A DNA stretch of 64,000 nucleotides from Marsupella aquatica (GCA_973895155.1 OZ316892.1:12340238-12404237), one strand, 5' to 3'. Positions 49,020-63,577 are shown, counted from the stretch's first letter. The notes: generated by a model from the sequence alone, not told the origin. Made by a program: numbers and translations.

Positions 49020-51500
49020 AGGCTGTCCACGGGGTCCGACCACGGCACTCCACGTGAGACTGTTTCCGCCTTAATTAATTAATTAGGGAAACCCTAGCGG
49101 TCCTTTGGCCTGTGGTTTTCCCTCTCCCTCTAATCAACTCCTCTGCCCTGCCTAATTTTCAGGGCTTCTTTTCTTGTTAATTAACGACCGGTAGGGTGGC
49201 GAATGTAAAGTTTGTTTGCAGCAGAAGTTGCTGAGATGCGAATATTATTTATATACTTTTCTTAAGTTTATTTATGATTTTTGGTTTTTTCTACACTGTT
49301 TACCATAATTAGTATATTACTTATATAGTCTCCCTGCATAAATAGTATCACACACACTAATAAGGGTGTGACTACAAATCTGAAAACATATAAATATTAG
49401 TACAAGTAGAGAGTTCAGTCTATTGTCATTCATTCTAATTTCATTTTGATTGTATTTATAACCTGGTTTTCATTTCATCATACTTTAATAAAATCTAACT
49501 TTCAATTGACATTCATTTTTAATTTTATATGCCATTGCAAATATATCTTACTACTAGAATTATTTGTACTTTTCATAAGCTATATACATAATATGTGTTC
49601 ATCACACACTATTTGAATGTCACCAAAAATAATCTCACTTACCCTAATTTAGAATAACATGTATTTAGTCTCAGTTCTTATATAGTCTCACACACATTAA
49701 TTATGGTGACATCTTTCAAAAACCTTTGTTCCCAAATACTGTGTGTGAGATTAATTACGGTAATCAGTGTAGATTTAGGAATGTTCAAAGATAGATTCTG
49801 GCTACTGTGGGAGGTGCTAATGGAAGACCAAAAGCCTCCAAGGTGTAGTTTTCAATGAGATGAAATCTAGCAATTTCTTGCGACTGAGACAATTTCTCAA
49901 GAGAAGTCCAGGAAGTCCGAGTGGCCATACACAGGCTCAGACCTTGGCACTCCGCGGGAGCCTGTTTTTGCCCACCCCAAAGAAACCCTACTCTTCTTTT
50001 GTCTGTTTTTGTTCTTTTCTCACTAATCAACTCCTCTGCCCACTAATCAGCTCCTTTGCCCTTTTGCCATTGGTACCAGTTTTTCTTCGTCTTCTTCTTT
50101 GTCTTGAAAGATCTTTTGAATTCCATTCACAAAGACAACATACAACAAGGCAACCCAAAGGGCAACACCAGGGGAGACCAAAATTTGCAAGGCTTTTCCC
50201 TTTTTCACTGGGGTGTGGCAAATGTCACCTGGTTCAAGGCAGCACAAGATGCTACAATAACATTATTAATATATTTTTCTTACCTTAATTTATGACCGCT
50301 AGTTCTTGCTAAATTTAAGGATGACCATCAGATTTGTGTTGATGGGATTTGCAACTAGTGTTGAGCAAAGACACAACTCACACTACATGCACATGTGACA
50401 TCCAACAAAAAGTAGTTGACACAAAGAGATATTTGGTTTACCTCTGATGAGGCTACGTCCATGAGAACAAACAAAGTCAGAGCATTACTGCACTCTAGGC
50501 CCATCAGCCATACCAAGTCTCCCTATCTCACAAGTAGCTCTACAACAATGAGTCTGAGTTCCTCAATACTCACAAACAACCACTTGCTTGAATGTGTATA
50601 TACATAGAATGCAACACTACTAACCCCCTCAGCCCATACTTCGTGTAAAATAAGCAAATCCCCCTTGTTATTGTCATTTTACTCTAAAAAGTTCTCATGC
50701 TACCAATAATCATCATAATTACTAGTTCAAAATCAATAAAAATACCCTTTGAGTGTCCATGCGTCCTCATGTTAATTAAGGATAAGGGCCCAAGGGACTA
50801 ACCTAACCAAGTTTGCAACTGCAGTTAGCCTAACTATGGCTATAGTTGTATATATAGACCTAGGACTAAATTGCCTAACAATTAACTATGTGATAGATTG
50901 GCTAATGGAAGTTTTACTGAAAGTGACGAGGACCTTTTCAATAAGAAAATCCTAGCAAATTTTTGCAGCTAAATCTATTCTGACAAGAAGGCCTGTCAGG
51001 GCAGAGAGACGGACAGGCCATTCAGAGGGGTCAGACCACAACATACACTCCACATGAGCTCACTGTCATGCACCCCAAAGAAATTGTAGTGTTTTTTGGT
51101 TTCTTCTGTCACTAATAATCCCCTTTGCCCGGGCCTCTACCCTCTTTCCAACCTAATTTTCAGGATTTTTCCTTTTCCCCAAGGTGGCGAATGTCACCTG
51201 TTTCAAGCAAAAGATGCTACAAACATAATTTGATACTTGTTTAGTTTTATTTCTGAATATTCAATAGTTGTACATTTAAGGATAGATTCTGGCTCTTGTG
51301 GCTAGTGGGAAACTGGCTCACGGAAGACCAAAAACCAAACAATCTTTTGGCAAAAGGGAGGAAGACTTTTCAGGTCAGCATTTCATTGACTAAAAAAAAG
51401 TTGACGGCCCCAGTGCACCATGTGAGGCCGCTTTCTCGCACCCCAAAGACACTATTTTTTTTCAGTCACTAATCAACTCCTTTGCCGTCCTTCTGTCCAG
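49020..51500. repeat. Four diverged copies of a local repeat family (probable TE relic)
   Basis: Related motifs GG.TC.GACC...CACTCC.C.(T/G)GAG, CACCCCAAAGA, CTAATCAACTCC and GTGGC(G/A)AATGT recur near 49030, 49935, 51028 and 51415. GATAGATTCTGGCT occurs at ~49790 and ~51281. Confidence 0.6.
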
Positions 51501-51968
51501 TGTTTCCAACGAATAGGCTATTATATCAAATTGCAGAGAACGAAAGTGTCACACATGGGGGCTTTGACGGTTTGCACAAAGGTCGCCACATGGGAGGGGA
51601 AGGTAGCTCACAGATTTGGACAAAATGAGTAGCAATAGTCATGGATCAATTTAGGGGCTGGCATTGGGGTGAGTGGGTTGCACTACTACATATATGCAAA
51701 CATTGTTTGGTCACTTAAAGTCATCCAGAATGTCATACAACAAAGTTCTGTTGTTTTAGACGTCGTTCCACTTTCATGTATATGTCAAAGCAATGTACAA
51801 TTGATGTCATCACCCATGTGATAATTTAACTATGTTCCACACATTGTATCTTCAAATGACATTGATGTAACATAGTACTGTGCCTTGTAACTTATGTTTT
51901 GTCTTATATCATAAAACTAATGTATGTTGTCTAGAGTGGCCTAATGTACATAAACATTGTTTGGAACA

Positions 51969-53280
51969 TCTACAACTATAATACACTATCCCGCTCATTT
52001 TCGTCCTTCGTCCCATTACAAAATGCAATATGGGCAGGAAACATTTCTGGCCATTAGATCATGTCTAAGTTTTATTTCAACCAATCATGTGATTTTAAAA
52101 CAAAGGCCCTTTCATTGAACTAGGTGTTGCCCTTGCATGATGTGCCCTTGCTCTCCCGTATTAATACAATACCCTGGTACTCCTTAGTCCTGAGTCATGG
52201 CGTACCTTAAAAGGACAAAAGAATTAAAAGTACATTGAAGGATTAAAGGTCTGATGGTATAGCCAAGGTACATAGTACCTTTCTTGCCCTCTGTGGTGAG
52301 GGTACAATATGTAACTCCTCACTCTCCATTTCCATGCTTGATTCACAACGACAACTTTTTCATGTCAAGTACTATGGGCCTTGACAATTTCCTACCCAAA
52401 ATTCTCTTTGAATGCAATGACAGCATAATAAATAAAAACATATTTGGATTTAAAAACAAACAATATGCTTTTCGGCCTTTCAACCTTTCACTTGGTATAA
52501 AGGGAATATAAACAGACAAAAATCCAACAAAATGTAACCTTGGTCAAGCAAACAAGTAAGATAAAAATTTGAATGGCTTATGATATCAAACACTACAATG
52601 TTTTATTCAGCCAGAATGTCTATTTCCAAAATGAGAAACACAAAGGAGCAAATCCTAACCCATGATCACATAACATCTTTTTAGCATCCTCCACCCATAC
52701 ACTAATTTTATTTTAACTTTCCGCCCAATTGCCCTGAGCTTGCCTATAAAAACATTAATGATTTCATGGAGAAAAAGGTGGCCATTTTAGTATGCTCAGC
52801 AATTGGGCAACACATGAACATTGTTCTAATAGATATGTTTATCTCTCCTTAACATCTTTATTTTGCAATTGTTGTGGTGTGATAAAGAAATCTTTCTCAC
52901 TATATTTTCTCACATTGATATCTTTATCTCACCACGACATTTTTTTCTCACTCTCGACATATTTTCTCTCCTCGAGGTCTTTTCTCTCCTGGCTTGAAAT
53001 CTTTTCCTCACCTTGACATCTTATCTTTTTCTCATCTTGCATGTTTTTCTCACCTTGACATCTTTATCTCACCACAAAATATTTCTCTCACCCTCGACAT
53101 CTTTTCTCTCCCCAACATCTTTTCCTTATCTTCACATCTTTTCTCATCTCAACATCTTTGCCTCTCCTCAACATCTTGCCGTCTCCTCCATATCTTTGCC
53201 TCTCCTTGACATCATTGACTCTCCTTGACATCTTTGCCTCGCCTCAGCATCTTTCGTGCAAAGCACGGGCATGGGGTTAG
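51969..53280 (+). mobile_element. Probable non-autonomous Helitron (~1.3 kb)
   Basis: 5' A|TCTACAACTATAATA. 3' hairpin CGTGCAAAGCACG(GG) about 10 nt before TTAG|T (degenerate CTRR). Inserted between A and T without a TSD. Carries an internal minisatellite. Confidence 0.6.
52900..53253. repeat. Degenerate ~21-23-bp pyrimidine-rich minisatellite
   Basis: Repeated CTC(A/T)CCTTGACATCTT-like units. Confidence 0.75.
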
Positions 53281-55219
53281 TTGTAAATAATGGTGTTTGT
53301 GATATTGCCATGAAGACAAATTATTTGGGAACTTAAATTCAAACAAAAGATGGATATATGCACAGATTGTGCCTATACGACTTGTCTAAATGATCAAAGG
53401 AGGGTTGCTCTATAGTACACAATGGCTAACAACAACCCAACAGAGGCCTTCCACTTCATCATTTTTAGAGAGAGACACACTATGTAAATTAAGGTGGTTG
53501 CCAATTGGCATTGCCCAAATTGAACCACATGGAACGACCTAAAGTCAGATTCCCAGGGGTGGCAATGAATCATGTGCACGTCGGTTTCAAGAATGACAAG
53601 ATCACCTCACACCTAGTTGACCATTTGGGTCAAGTGGAAGGGGAAGGTGTGTGAGTTGCAGGATCAAACCACAAAGCAAATAACCGGCCAGAGGGAATGG
53701 CCAAGGCTGACCTTCACTTGATTGTCAAGGGGCTCACTACCAGTGTAGGCACCCCGATGTCGTGCTTGGATGAGGGATGCCGCCACTCAGAAGGGATGTC
53801 ACGGCCGAGGAGTAGGGTCACCAACTACTGGGGACAAGACGGGTGGAAAGGGTTTTCTTGCAAGATATGCAAGTATGGCCGGCCTGGGTTTCTTCGAGGT
53901 TGAACATTGTTTTGCCTTAACATTATACCTGCCACCTGTTAATGTTGGCATGTACAATGTTAGATTAGGGTTTAGGCTTTCTACTCAAATTATGCGACAG
54001 ATGATTCAGCTGACACTGTCTACACAATGTAAATGTCACTTGAAGTTTCTGCAGAGGTTTGAGGTAGTCTAGGGTGACATAGAGTAACTTCATAGACAAC
54101 ATAAAGTAATGTCACAAAAGACTCAAATAACCACTTTAAAGTTATGGCAAACAGTGTACATTATGATATTATTTTGTTGTACCATTGAGAAATTTACATC
54201 ATTTACAACATGGTAATTTACTAGTCGAGTCACAACGTAACAATTCCATCTAAGTCTTCTAGAATGAAGTAACATACTAGATGGAACCCCCATCAGATCG
54301 CCTCTTGTTTATTGCTGTTTCTTATATAAATGTGGGTGCAGAGCACTCTATAAGTTAGAAATACGTTGTGTACGAGCATGTGTGATACAACTTGAGGGAC
54401 GACATTGATACCTTAGCAATTTTTGTTACAATGTCAGTAACTTTCCCATATTTGTATTGTATAGTGCAATGCACACACCCGTGCACACAAACAAGTGACC
54501 TAAAATTGGACTTGATAAAACATGACAAACTACCTAAAAGGGAAAAAAATGTAGTTGTGACAGGGGCAGCAGATTGAGTCCACTATAGGGTAACATGGTG
54601 ATATACAGATTGAGGCTAGGTGAGCACATGGGGTTCAAAGACAAAGATACAGTGGTCCTCCAGTGGTCAAGGTTTGGGAGGGCAGACCTTCTTCAAGTCA
54701 AGGTAGGTCAACAAAGTGGAGAGCAAAGGGAACAAAACATGTGGAGGATGCCTGTTCGAGCACCTTATGCTCTCCACTTTGTTGGCCTTATGCTGGCCTT
54801 GTCCTACCTTATGCGAAGGATGCCTGTTGGATGCACCTTATGCAGTTCTCTCTTAAAGAATCAAATGATAATAATGTTGTCTGCAAAATTTGGGCTACAC
54901 CCAATCCTAAAGCCTGAAATAGAGTGTCCCTAAAGTGTTTTGGCAAGCTGAAAATTGGTATCTGAAAAGCTTTAGTACACGGCAAAAAGACACAACATAT
55001 CACAAAATACCTAAAAACGTACCCTGGTACTGTTCTTGACATTACAGAATTGCTCTGACTTTTGAGTTCAAAAAACACATGCATACCACAAAATCTAAAC
55101 ATGTACCCCATACTGTTCTTGACATTACAATTAATGGCTCTTGTCTCACAAAACTCCTCAAATTGATTCACCTATTTGTGCAAAGGATGATGTGAGGAAA
55201 AGGAGGAAAAGCTTGAGGC

Positions 55220-55400
55220 TACTGTGAGCAATAAAAAAACAAGTGCTTTGCTGATTTGTTGATGATGTCAGCATATTGCAGAACCTGTTTTCTGCATCTT
55301 TCAGTACTTTACACAGAACATTAATGAACTCTAAACTACTTCCAATTAGTTGCCACTATATCCCAAACTGTGTTTGCCCCCACCAAGATACACCCAACCA
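55220..55400 (-). mobile_element. Possible LINE (L1) C-terminal zinc-finger relic
   Basis: Broken frames WQLIGSSLEFINVLCK...RFCNM/..KSAKHLFFYC resemble the zf-RVT motif W.L...L....C..C...E...HLFF.C. Confidence 0.35.
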
Positions 55401-57212
55401 ACTTTTATCTTATTGCAAACCATGTTTTGGCCCATTTTGCTAGGGATATGTTTTAAGAATCTTAGGACATTGACACAAAGTTAATCATTCCAATATTGTT
55501 CATTGGGATCTGTTATATACCTTTGTCAAAAATCTGCACCCAGAAAGTGCAGGAAAGTCCACCTATGAAAGAAGTACAGTGATATGACCTCCAAGAGGTA
55601 GTCTAACTCCAACCAATATGGAAGTGTATGTGCTAGGAGTAACTTAATTTAAGCAAAGGTTGTAACTGGAATCTGTTTCTGAGTTTTTCATGAGCAAAAT
55701 CGTGGGAGCCACCAGTAGATCTTTGTTGTTACATTGAAACGATCTAGACAAGTAGAGCTATGATAAAGAATCTGAACTCGTACATAATTTAGCTGACAAA
55801 TCCCTGAATTGGGCTTAAAGTATCCGAGTTTCTTACTCTGCCACGTCGCCAGGCTTTCGGGACAAAACAAATAAGAGATCCAGTGAGATTCCTCATATTG
55901 CAACTGTAATTTGAGTATCAAAACTCTTGGAGCTGCATTATCGCATCTTTGACATCATCAATCGTAGAGAGGAATGAAGTACGTCAGCAGATCATGGTTT
56001 GCATAATGAGGGTGCTAGAGGAAATACTAGCCCCGTTAGCTGAGACTCGGGCTTGCTCTTCAGACTTGTCCCTCAGAAACCAGTTCATGCTTCAATCAGG
56101 CCACGGGTCGCTGTTTATACTACCAGACAAGACTTGAGCACTGTAGCGCAACCACAGTTTGCTGCAACCTTAAGACACGATAATGGTGAGCAAATTATCA
56201 AGAATATGTTCAATCCCTTTGACCCACGTCTCAAAACGGTGGTCTTGACCCGTTACTTCCCTACCGCAAGCCACAAACGATCTCGTGGGATATCATGAAT
56301 GTACTTTGAAGGGTAAGGAACTTCCTTCCTTCTTCACATTCTAGCTCCCACTACTCCTGCATTCAAGAAGGATGTAATCACCTCCAGATTCGGCTGCAAA
56401 TCTATTAGGGGAGTATTCAGTCCTGGGCATTTGGAAAATCTGGATTGCTTAAACATCCCTGCTTCGACATTGCATTCACCTCCAAATTTCCTGATTATAA
56501 TCATCGTACGGTCATTTACATGGATATAAGCCGGTGTATACGAGGATCCACTGCGGCATAAACGAGACTCCTGCAACTCACTCCGGCCTACCTCACTGCA
56601 CCAACCCAACTCATTGTTCAAATTATTAAAGTGTGGCGCTTTCTGTAAACACTTTCCGAACGGCTCACCCAATAAATCTCTCGTATAGTGATAAAATGAG
56701 AGCCTACGAATTCAAATGATGATAAAGGGTTGTATTTCCAGAAAGATGAAGGCCGAATCACAAACAACTCATCTTACAAACAGGTCCAAAGCCTGGGCAA
56801 CAAGAACTTGCGTGCTGCCACAATAAGGCATTCATGGACACCCGACTCATCTGGACCAGACTTGACATCTGGAACTAAGAGCAAAAATTGATGACTAATC
56901 CCCACTGGTACATCTTTGTCGTCCACAACTACCTTTACTTGCAGCATGTGGACAAGATCACAATTGATTTCTTCCACCACCCGCTCCCATACCTTCAAAG
57001 TAAGATTCCACCGGGTGTAAATCACTATTCACTAACTTAAAGATTCCATTGGGAGTGAACAGCTCGTCGTCCTTGTTCAGGCAGAGCAAGGTAGGCGTCA
57101 AACGACCAGATCAATTCGCCTTTGGGATCCATATAGCATGGCACTTGCACTCAGTAGCACAAGTCACAACTCACCTTCTAGATGCTAGGTTCTCGCTTTC
57201 TAACTTTCCTAC

Positions 57213-60200
57213 CTACTCTCCGACTGTCATTCCAAACCCGAATTTGTAGTCTTTCTTCCAATGATCAATCTGCACACCAAAGAGAAATCTTTGAATTTTT
57301 TTGTAAACTTACACCTAAGCACCAATAAAGTAATACCATTCTCCCTGGCAGAGATTAACTTCATGCAAGATAAATGTGCATGTGCCACTTACAAACAATG
57401 GCGAGATACAATGTGTGACTCACCTCTGCTGAAAGTAGAAAGTTGACTCCAACATTCAGCCTCTCTTCTAAATATGCTGCAACACACCCGTTCGTGTCAA
57501 ATCGTCCCCTCAGACGACACTGCAAAACACCACGCCATTTTATAAGAACGGCGCCCTGCAAAGTGAGGCCAATATTGTCTTCATGCTGATTGGACGATAT
57601 CGTTGAGGAGGGGTCTTAGCACTAATCCATCCAGTCAAACTTGCATACAAGTTAGCACCAAAGGGTCTACAAGAAAGACTCCTGACAGGAGCCAACGACA
57701 AGTACTGATTTTACAAGGTTCGGCTAAGAAGAAAGAGAACCACAAATAGCCTTATCGAACAGTATTTGTGCGGAACCAATCTGCTAGTCTGGTTTCGAGG
57801 AATCTTTCTACCCATAATTGGGCATCAAAGCCCATCGATCGGTTGTTCCATTCGAAGACTGTGCCTGGTTTCGAGTCACTGTGTTTTCTCAAGAGAAATG
57901 TCAAGTAGGGCTCAAATTTGTTGGTCGACACTTGCAACAAAATACTTCAGAATATGCTTTCCAGTACCGTGCGCAGCAAGTAATCGTAGCCAACACTTGT
58001 AGTTGCTTCCTTCGACATCCAGTTGTACATAAAATCAGAAGCAAGTGAGACCTACAAAACAAAAGATGGCAGCAGGAATCAGCTCTATTACACATCCGGC
58101 ATGAAAGACCATCATGATGAATGCAATGGGGCAAGGTGCTTACGAAAACTGAGGAAATGACATAGCCATCGTACTTCACTCTTGCAGACGAAAGACAGAT
58201 GCTCACCTTGTCAGAAACTCTTTGTACATACGTCAATGACACCATTCCAGTAGTTGCTATCTGGCCAGTGGCAATCTGCGACAGAAACACAACAGCACCT
58301 CTTAGAAAAACAATTGCAAATTACCTCCCCAGAGCGGGACACTATTCCAAAGACATCTGTTTCAAGTATCTCAAGGCCAAAACTCAACTCGATTACATCC
58401 CAAACAAACAACACACCTACTTGTCAGTTTGGCCATAGGTACCACCACATGTACAATTTGGTAACACCATTATTCAGGTAAGATGGGTGCTAACCACTTT
58501 GTCTGTGTTGTAGCGACCTGCAAAACCAACGCCTGACTTTCGTTGATGGCCTAGCCAAAACGCTTCACCTCCCAGGGATACAGTGGGAGTTATACTCTAC
58601 AATCCACCACAGATGACGAAACTGTAAACAGAACACTCCAGGAAATAGCAAAATACTGAATTTAACAACTTGAAGTCCAACAAACTGAAGAGGAGCGCGA
58701 AAATAAGATTGACATGATTTTATCTGTAAATGTACCTGAATATAGTTCAAACCATAAAAAGCATTGTTTCCAAGCTGAACTTGGGCTTGATAATCCTTTC
58801 CCTGAAACAACACATCCATCGACGAAATTAGCTGTCTTGACCTCTTAACTAAATCTGCAGTTCGCAGGAATTAAGTGAAGTAAATTTAAGCTCGGATGGA
58901 ATTTCCATCCAAAATCCTTTTCTTGGATAGGATTTCTGAGATGGCATGGGATCTACGGAAACATGAATTTTAAATGGATTTAGAGTTAAATAGCTTTACT
59001 TCTAGACAAAGAGCATTTTGTCATCCCATCCAAGCTTAAAGATTCGGATGGAGATCTTATGACCCTCAATTTAATTTGTTATAGCTGTTAGCAGGATAGT
59101 CTCGAGCGGTCAGTAAATTGCGTTGAGATCTCTGGCGTGAAAATTCGAATACTTTTTTTCTTTTCTCTAACAGCCAAGAATTGCCACGGGATCAATGGAC
59201 TCGGCATCTCTAGTACTTACGTACACCTCGCCAATCCCCAAAGCCTAACATCGCCACTTGTCCAGATTGGTCACCAAGAGGCCTAAATTCATAACGTAAT
59301 CCCAGTCAATTACATGTATAGTTCATATATGATATACTAGGGAAATTACAGCGAGGAAGGTGTTTCAAAAGATAAACCAAGTTCCAATTTCTCCGATACA
59401 GAATGCTATCACCAACGAACTCACTCACCTTGTAATCAAAGTGGAACATGCCTTGTGAGAAGTGGGGCTCGTTGGTAAGCTGCAAGTCAGGAAGACGAAG
59501 ATTCAGTATTGTCACACCTGCTGGGCCACACTTTGCTAGAACAAAGGGAGGTGCAGTCTCGTCATTGCAACAGACGATAAGATCCATAGTACCTGCGCAT
59601 TAACCTTTACGGTGAAGGCATCTGTGACATCATATTTCAATCTTGCTGTCATTCGACCATCTGTTAGAATTCGACCGATCAGCATCATCTGCAGAGCATT
59701 GTGTGCGATGAGAATCATTTCCACAAGATGTTACAAGGAATCAAGATCGCAACTATCAGATCGGAATATAAGTATTGCCTGCGATAAAAGCAACGAGAGA
59801 TGTCACCATTTAGACATGTTTAGAGAGCCAGCTGAGCAATCTTCATCCAAAAGCGACACCCATGCAAACCTTACCCGTTGGTCGATGAGATTTGCACCAA
59901 ACTCGTAATGTGAAGCCGAAATCTTGATGGTTTGAGGGGACTGGGCAGGTACTTCAACTGATCCCATGAAGACGCTGCATCCGAAATGAGGGAGGGATCA
60001 ATATCGCCAAGAATTGGACCCATGCCACAATCCTGAAAGAAACAGACTACAAACCTAAAATATCGGAAAGTGGCTTGAGCTGTCCACAAGAATATTCACG
60101 TGTTTGACAAGAAAACATGAGACTTCAAGACGAGGGAGAGGTACCAGACTCGTATCATTGTAAATGACGCTTGTGGAGCACCTTTGAACAGGGAAAAACT

Positions 60201-60737
60201 TGCCTGTGACTAAGAGAGAATTTCTGGCTGAGTGGCTTGGTGAAATCGAAGCGCAATCCTTCAAAAAGCTCCGGCTTGAGAGATACTGTACAAAATGACC
60301 GCAATGAGGAAACCCTAAAGGCAGATAATAAAAATGCAGCTGTCACGACGTCGTGAATGCCAACTTTCCTGAAGTACTTCAATCAAACTACAGTTCTGTT
60401 GATCCACTCCGATTATTTCACTCGAGGCATCAAAGACTGAAAGCTGCTTCGCGACGTTCGAAACATCGGAACGTCTTCACGTGTTGTGCACCATAGATCA
60501 CAAACACAGGAGCACGTGAAAAAAGGCCAGTACGTGCAGAAAAGTTCAAATCCAGGAAGCCTATACAAGTGCGATGTCCTACTCACCCAGCGCTTCTCTC
60601 TGAATCTCCTCATACTTGACCGGGCAAGGCAAGTTGAGCCAATCCACACTTTCCTTGATGTCATCATTCCTATTCTCTCCACCAAGCAAGTAAGACGATT
60701 GAGCAGACCCAGCGGCGTAGCTTAAGACGCCACCCAT
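57213..60737 (-). CDS. TOM40: Mitochondrial import receptor subunit TOM40, 11 coding exons
   Basis: Exons 60737-60587, 60285-60204, 59974-59875, 59688-59593, 59479-59429, 58801-58736, 58596-58495, 58275-58207, 58051-57968, 57519-57424, 57269-57213. Motifs [49 protein letters not shown] and the C-terminal beta-signal [11 protein letters not shown]. Intron 2 has a GC donor. Confidence 0.96.
58885..59040. mobile_element. Small MITE-like element in a TOM40 intron
   Basis: Terminal inverted repeats TTTAAGCTCGGATGG / CCATCCAAGCTTAAA (14 of 15 match), with internal GGATGG/CCATCC repeats. Confidence 0.45.
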
Positions 60738-61584
60738 TCTACCCTACTAAATCTCTAAACCCTCCAAATAGTCACGACCTCTTCTCCCACCAAAGTCTGC
60801 AAATCACCCACCACATCCCACACGGAGAGCGGAAATCGAAATCAAACACGAGATCCACAGCATGTAACGAGGGAGCTGACAACAATCGAAATCGGTGATC
60901 CAAGCGGGCAATGAACGAAGAACGTAGACGAGGAGCAACAGGGCAAAAAGGAACAACAGTAAGTCAGGGTTAAAAAACTGCAGAGTAAACCCTCACCTTC
61001 AGCAGAACCGGCAAGATTTGATCACCGTGTTGGCAGATAAGCGGATGAAGAAGGGGTGAACGCCGGGGAAACGATTCGCAGTGGCAAGAGAGAGTTCAGG
61101 AGGCCGCCATCGACGAAGAAGTTTCCCTGTTTCTGTGAGTGAGGCTGGCTCCTCCTCTCCCTCCCTCTCATCGGTCTGCGATGAAGAAGAAGCTTATTTG
61201 TCTCGTGCCCTGTGGGTTGCTCTCGTCTCCCCCTCTCTCTCTCTCGCTCTCTCCTTCACTGCTGCTCCGTCGCCCACAGTATCTGAACCCTACCTCGTAC
61301 CTTGCTACGTCTCAACCACGGTCACCAGAATCACAACTGCGATTCGAACCAGTGTTCGGCTGTTGGCCCTCGTAACGTACTACTGGAGGGGTGAAGTCGT
61401 ACTACGACTACGGTAGTGCCATCCCGGTTCGCGAAACCTTGATTATTTTTCATTTTAATAAATAATGTAAACCCATTCTACGATGGACCACCATGTTGGA
61501 CATATACACACAATTGTTTTGGGCCATGCGAGTTTGGGGCACATTCATTTTTGTGGTCCATGCAAGTTTTGGCCCATAACTTGA

Positions 61585-61756
61585 TTACAATACTACCACT
61601 ATTTTTATTTTATTTTTCCAAAAATGACACGGATGACAAGTTCACCAAGGTAACCAGGGGGAACTATATACGAAAACCATGATATTTTTGTAAATACAAC
61701 AAAACAAATGGCAATATTGTCAATTAGAACATCTTTAATGACAAAGTACTTAAAAG
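61585..61756. mobile_element. Second, partial copy of the fold-back element at 7986-8203
   Basis: The core GGATGACAA.TT.ACCAAGGTAACCAGGGG.AACTATATA is the reverse complement of ~8074-8112. The arms match TATTGTCAATTAGAA.ATCTTTA.TGACAAAGTA. Confidence 0.7.
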
Positions 61757-63577
61757 GTCATGTAGATATTTCAAGGTTTCACATAAATCCCAAAATCTTT
61801 TGTCTAGTGGGCCTAAATTGTGATAATTATTTCAGCATTGGTAAGACAGGGATGGTGTTGTGGGAACGTAGTATTGTAGGGTATTGCAATAGGGAGAGTA
61901 GGCCTAAGTTGTGCTCTAAATAAATGTTGAGTCTATTGTGCCCATTTCCAGCTCCACCCCCAACACCACGGCTACAAGTTAGTTGTGTCCCCTGAGTCAC
62001 AGTCCAGAGACTTCACTCTAAACCATAGGCCCTCACACTTGCTTCAAGCCTTGTTTTCATTGATGCTTTATTAGTCAGATAGATTTAGTACATTGTCATC
62101 CCTATTTGGCTAATTATATATTGGTATCATCACTGCCATAGTATTGGTAGGGCCAAGTATTGTAGTACTTGAGGCTCGCTTGAATGCCTGTGCTTTGCTC
62201 TAAATAGACTTGAGTTGATCTAATAGTCACTCTTTTATGCAAAGCATATACTTTGTCACAAGTTTTTGTATAATTCCTAAGTTGCTACCTTTCCCCATGG
62301 TTGGTTATGCAAAGGTTGGAAAGCAAAGTAACAGACCCAACCTAATGTCTAGGTTGGAAAGGTGTTATGTTCAGGGTTGTAGAGGTCTTAGATGACCATT
62401 CAATAGTGAAACCTAGTCCAACGTTGGGTTCTAGCTTCAAGCTAAGTAGAGTTATTTTGCTTAACCAACAGTTGACAAATATGACAAATGAATGTACTAA
62501 TAATATTGAAAAGAGTGGCAAAGTAACTATGTATTTCAACAAATGAGTGCTACTGTAGTAAAACTCACATTGCGATAATCTTGTATTGTCCTCATTCGTT
62601 ATTTCAAAGAAAAGGGAATTATGGGGAGACAACCCATCCTTCTTTTCCTACATCCCATTCTAAGGCTTAAAGTGAATGTTTGTCCCATGCCTTAAGTTTG
62701 ATCATCCCAAATAGGATTTTCAAAATTGCGCGTCGCTCCACCCAACCCCTTTTAGAAATTTAGGTTTTTTTACACACTTTACCCAAAAAATCACTCCACC
62801 CACATGATGTCAAGACACATACCCCTAAATAATCTTTGTCCCGTCTTACCCTCCTCTTTCCAACCTCAAGAATCCACCCACTCAACCCCCAAAAAACTCT
62901 ACTTCCTCATCTCCTCTGCCTCTCATATCCTCTACTTCCCCACCTCTACCCTTCCCCCAAGCCTTCCACGTTATTTTCAGAAGGTCCCATATGGCCCCCA
63001 TCCCACCTCCCCGAAGAGTTCAATTGCATCACCTTGCAGCCCCTTGCTCACCCACTGTCCCCTCCTCCTTGTGATGCAAACGGCCAGGTGGAGGCAAAGA
63101 CAGAAAAGGGAAAGTTGGGAAAATAAATTTTGGCATCGGGGTGGAAGGGTTGTTAAACTACTTTTCTAGCCCATCCGTTGCCCACAACTTTCTCCCTTTC
63201 CTATTTTTGCCATGCATCCTCTACTCTTCTTTGCAATCTTCTAAATTGATCATCTCCCTAGTCATTTGACACCAGATTTTGTTGCATTTCCATAATCTCA
63301 ACACTTTCCACAGAGACACAATATTCACAATGACAAGAGTTTATTGCAATTCATTCAATGACACACAATGTTCTCAAATAGCACCTGATATTGTACAACT
63401 TACCATGACATGAGATGAAAAGACAATGATAGCAACAACTATACAATGCATTAGCATTGGGCTCTACCTCTTCATCTTGTAGGTAATACTATTAATGGTA
63501 GACATGTACTACTATGCACTCATTGAAGGCCCTACAATCTAGAGGGCATCACATACCTTTTAAAGGACTTTATACTC

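Noticed and set aside
1695-60737. The six genes as a functional cluster or new pathway
   Set aside because: Their functions are unrelated (transcription elongation, cell-wall sugar interconversion, hormone sensing, tRNA splicing, chromatin remodelling, mitochondrial import). This is an ordinary gene-rich neighbourhood.
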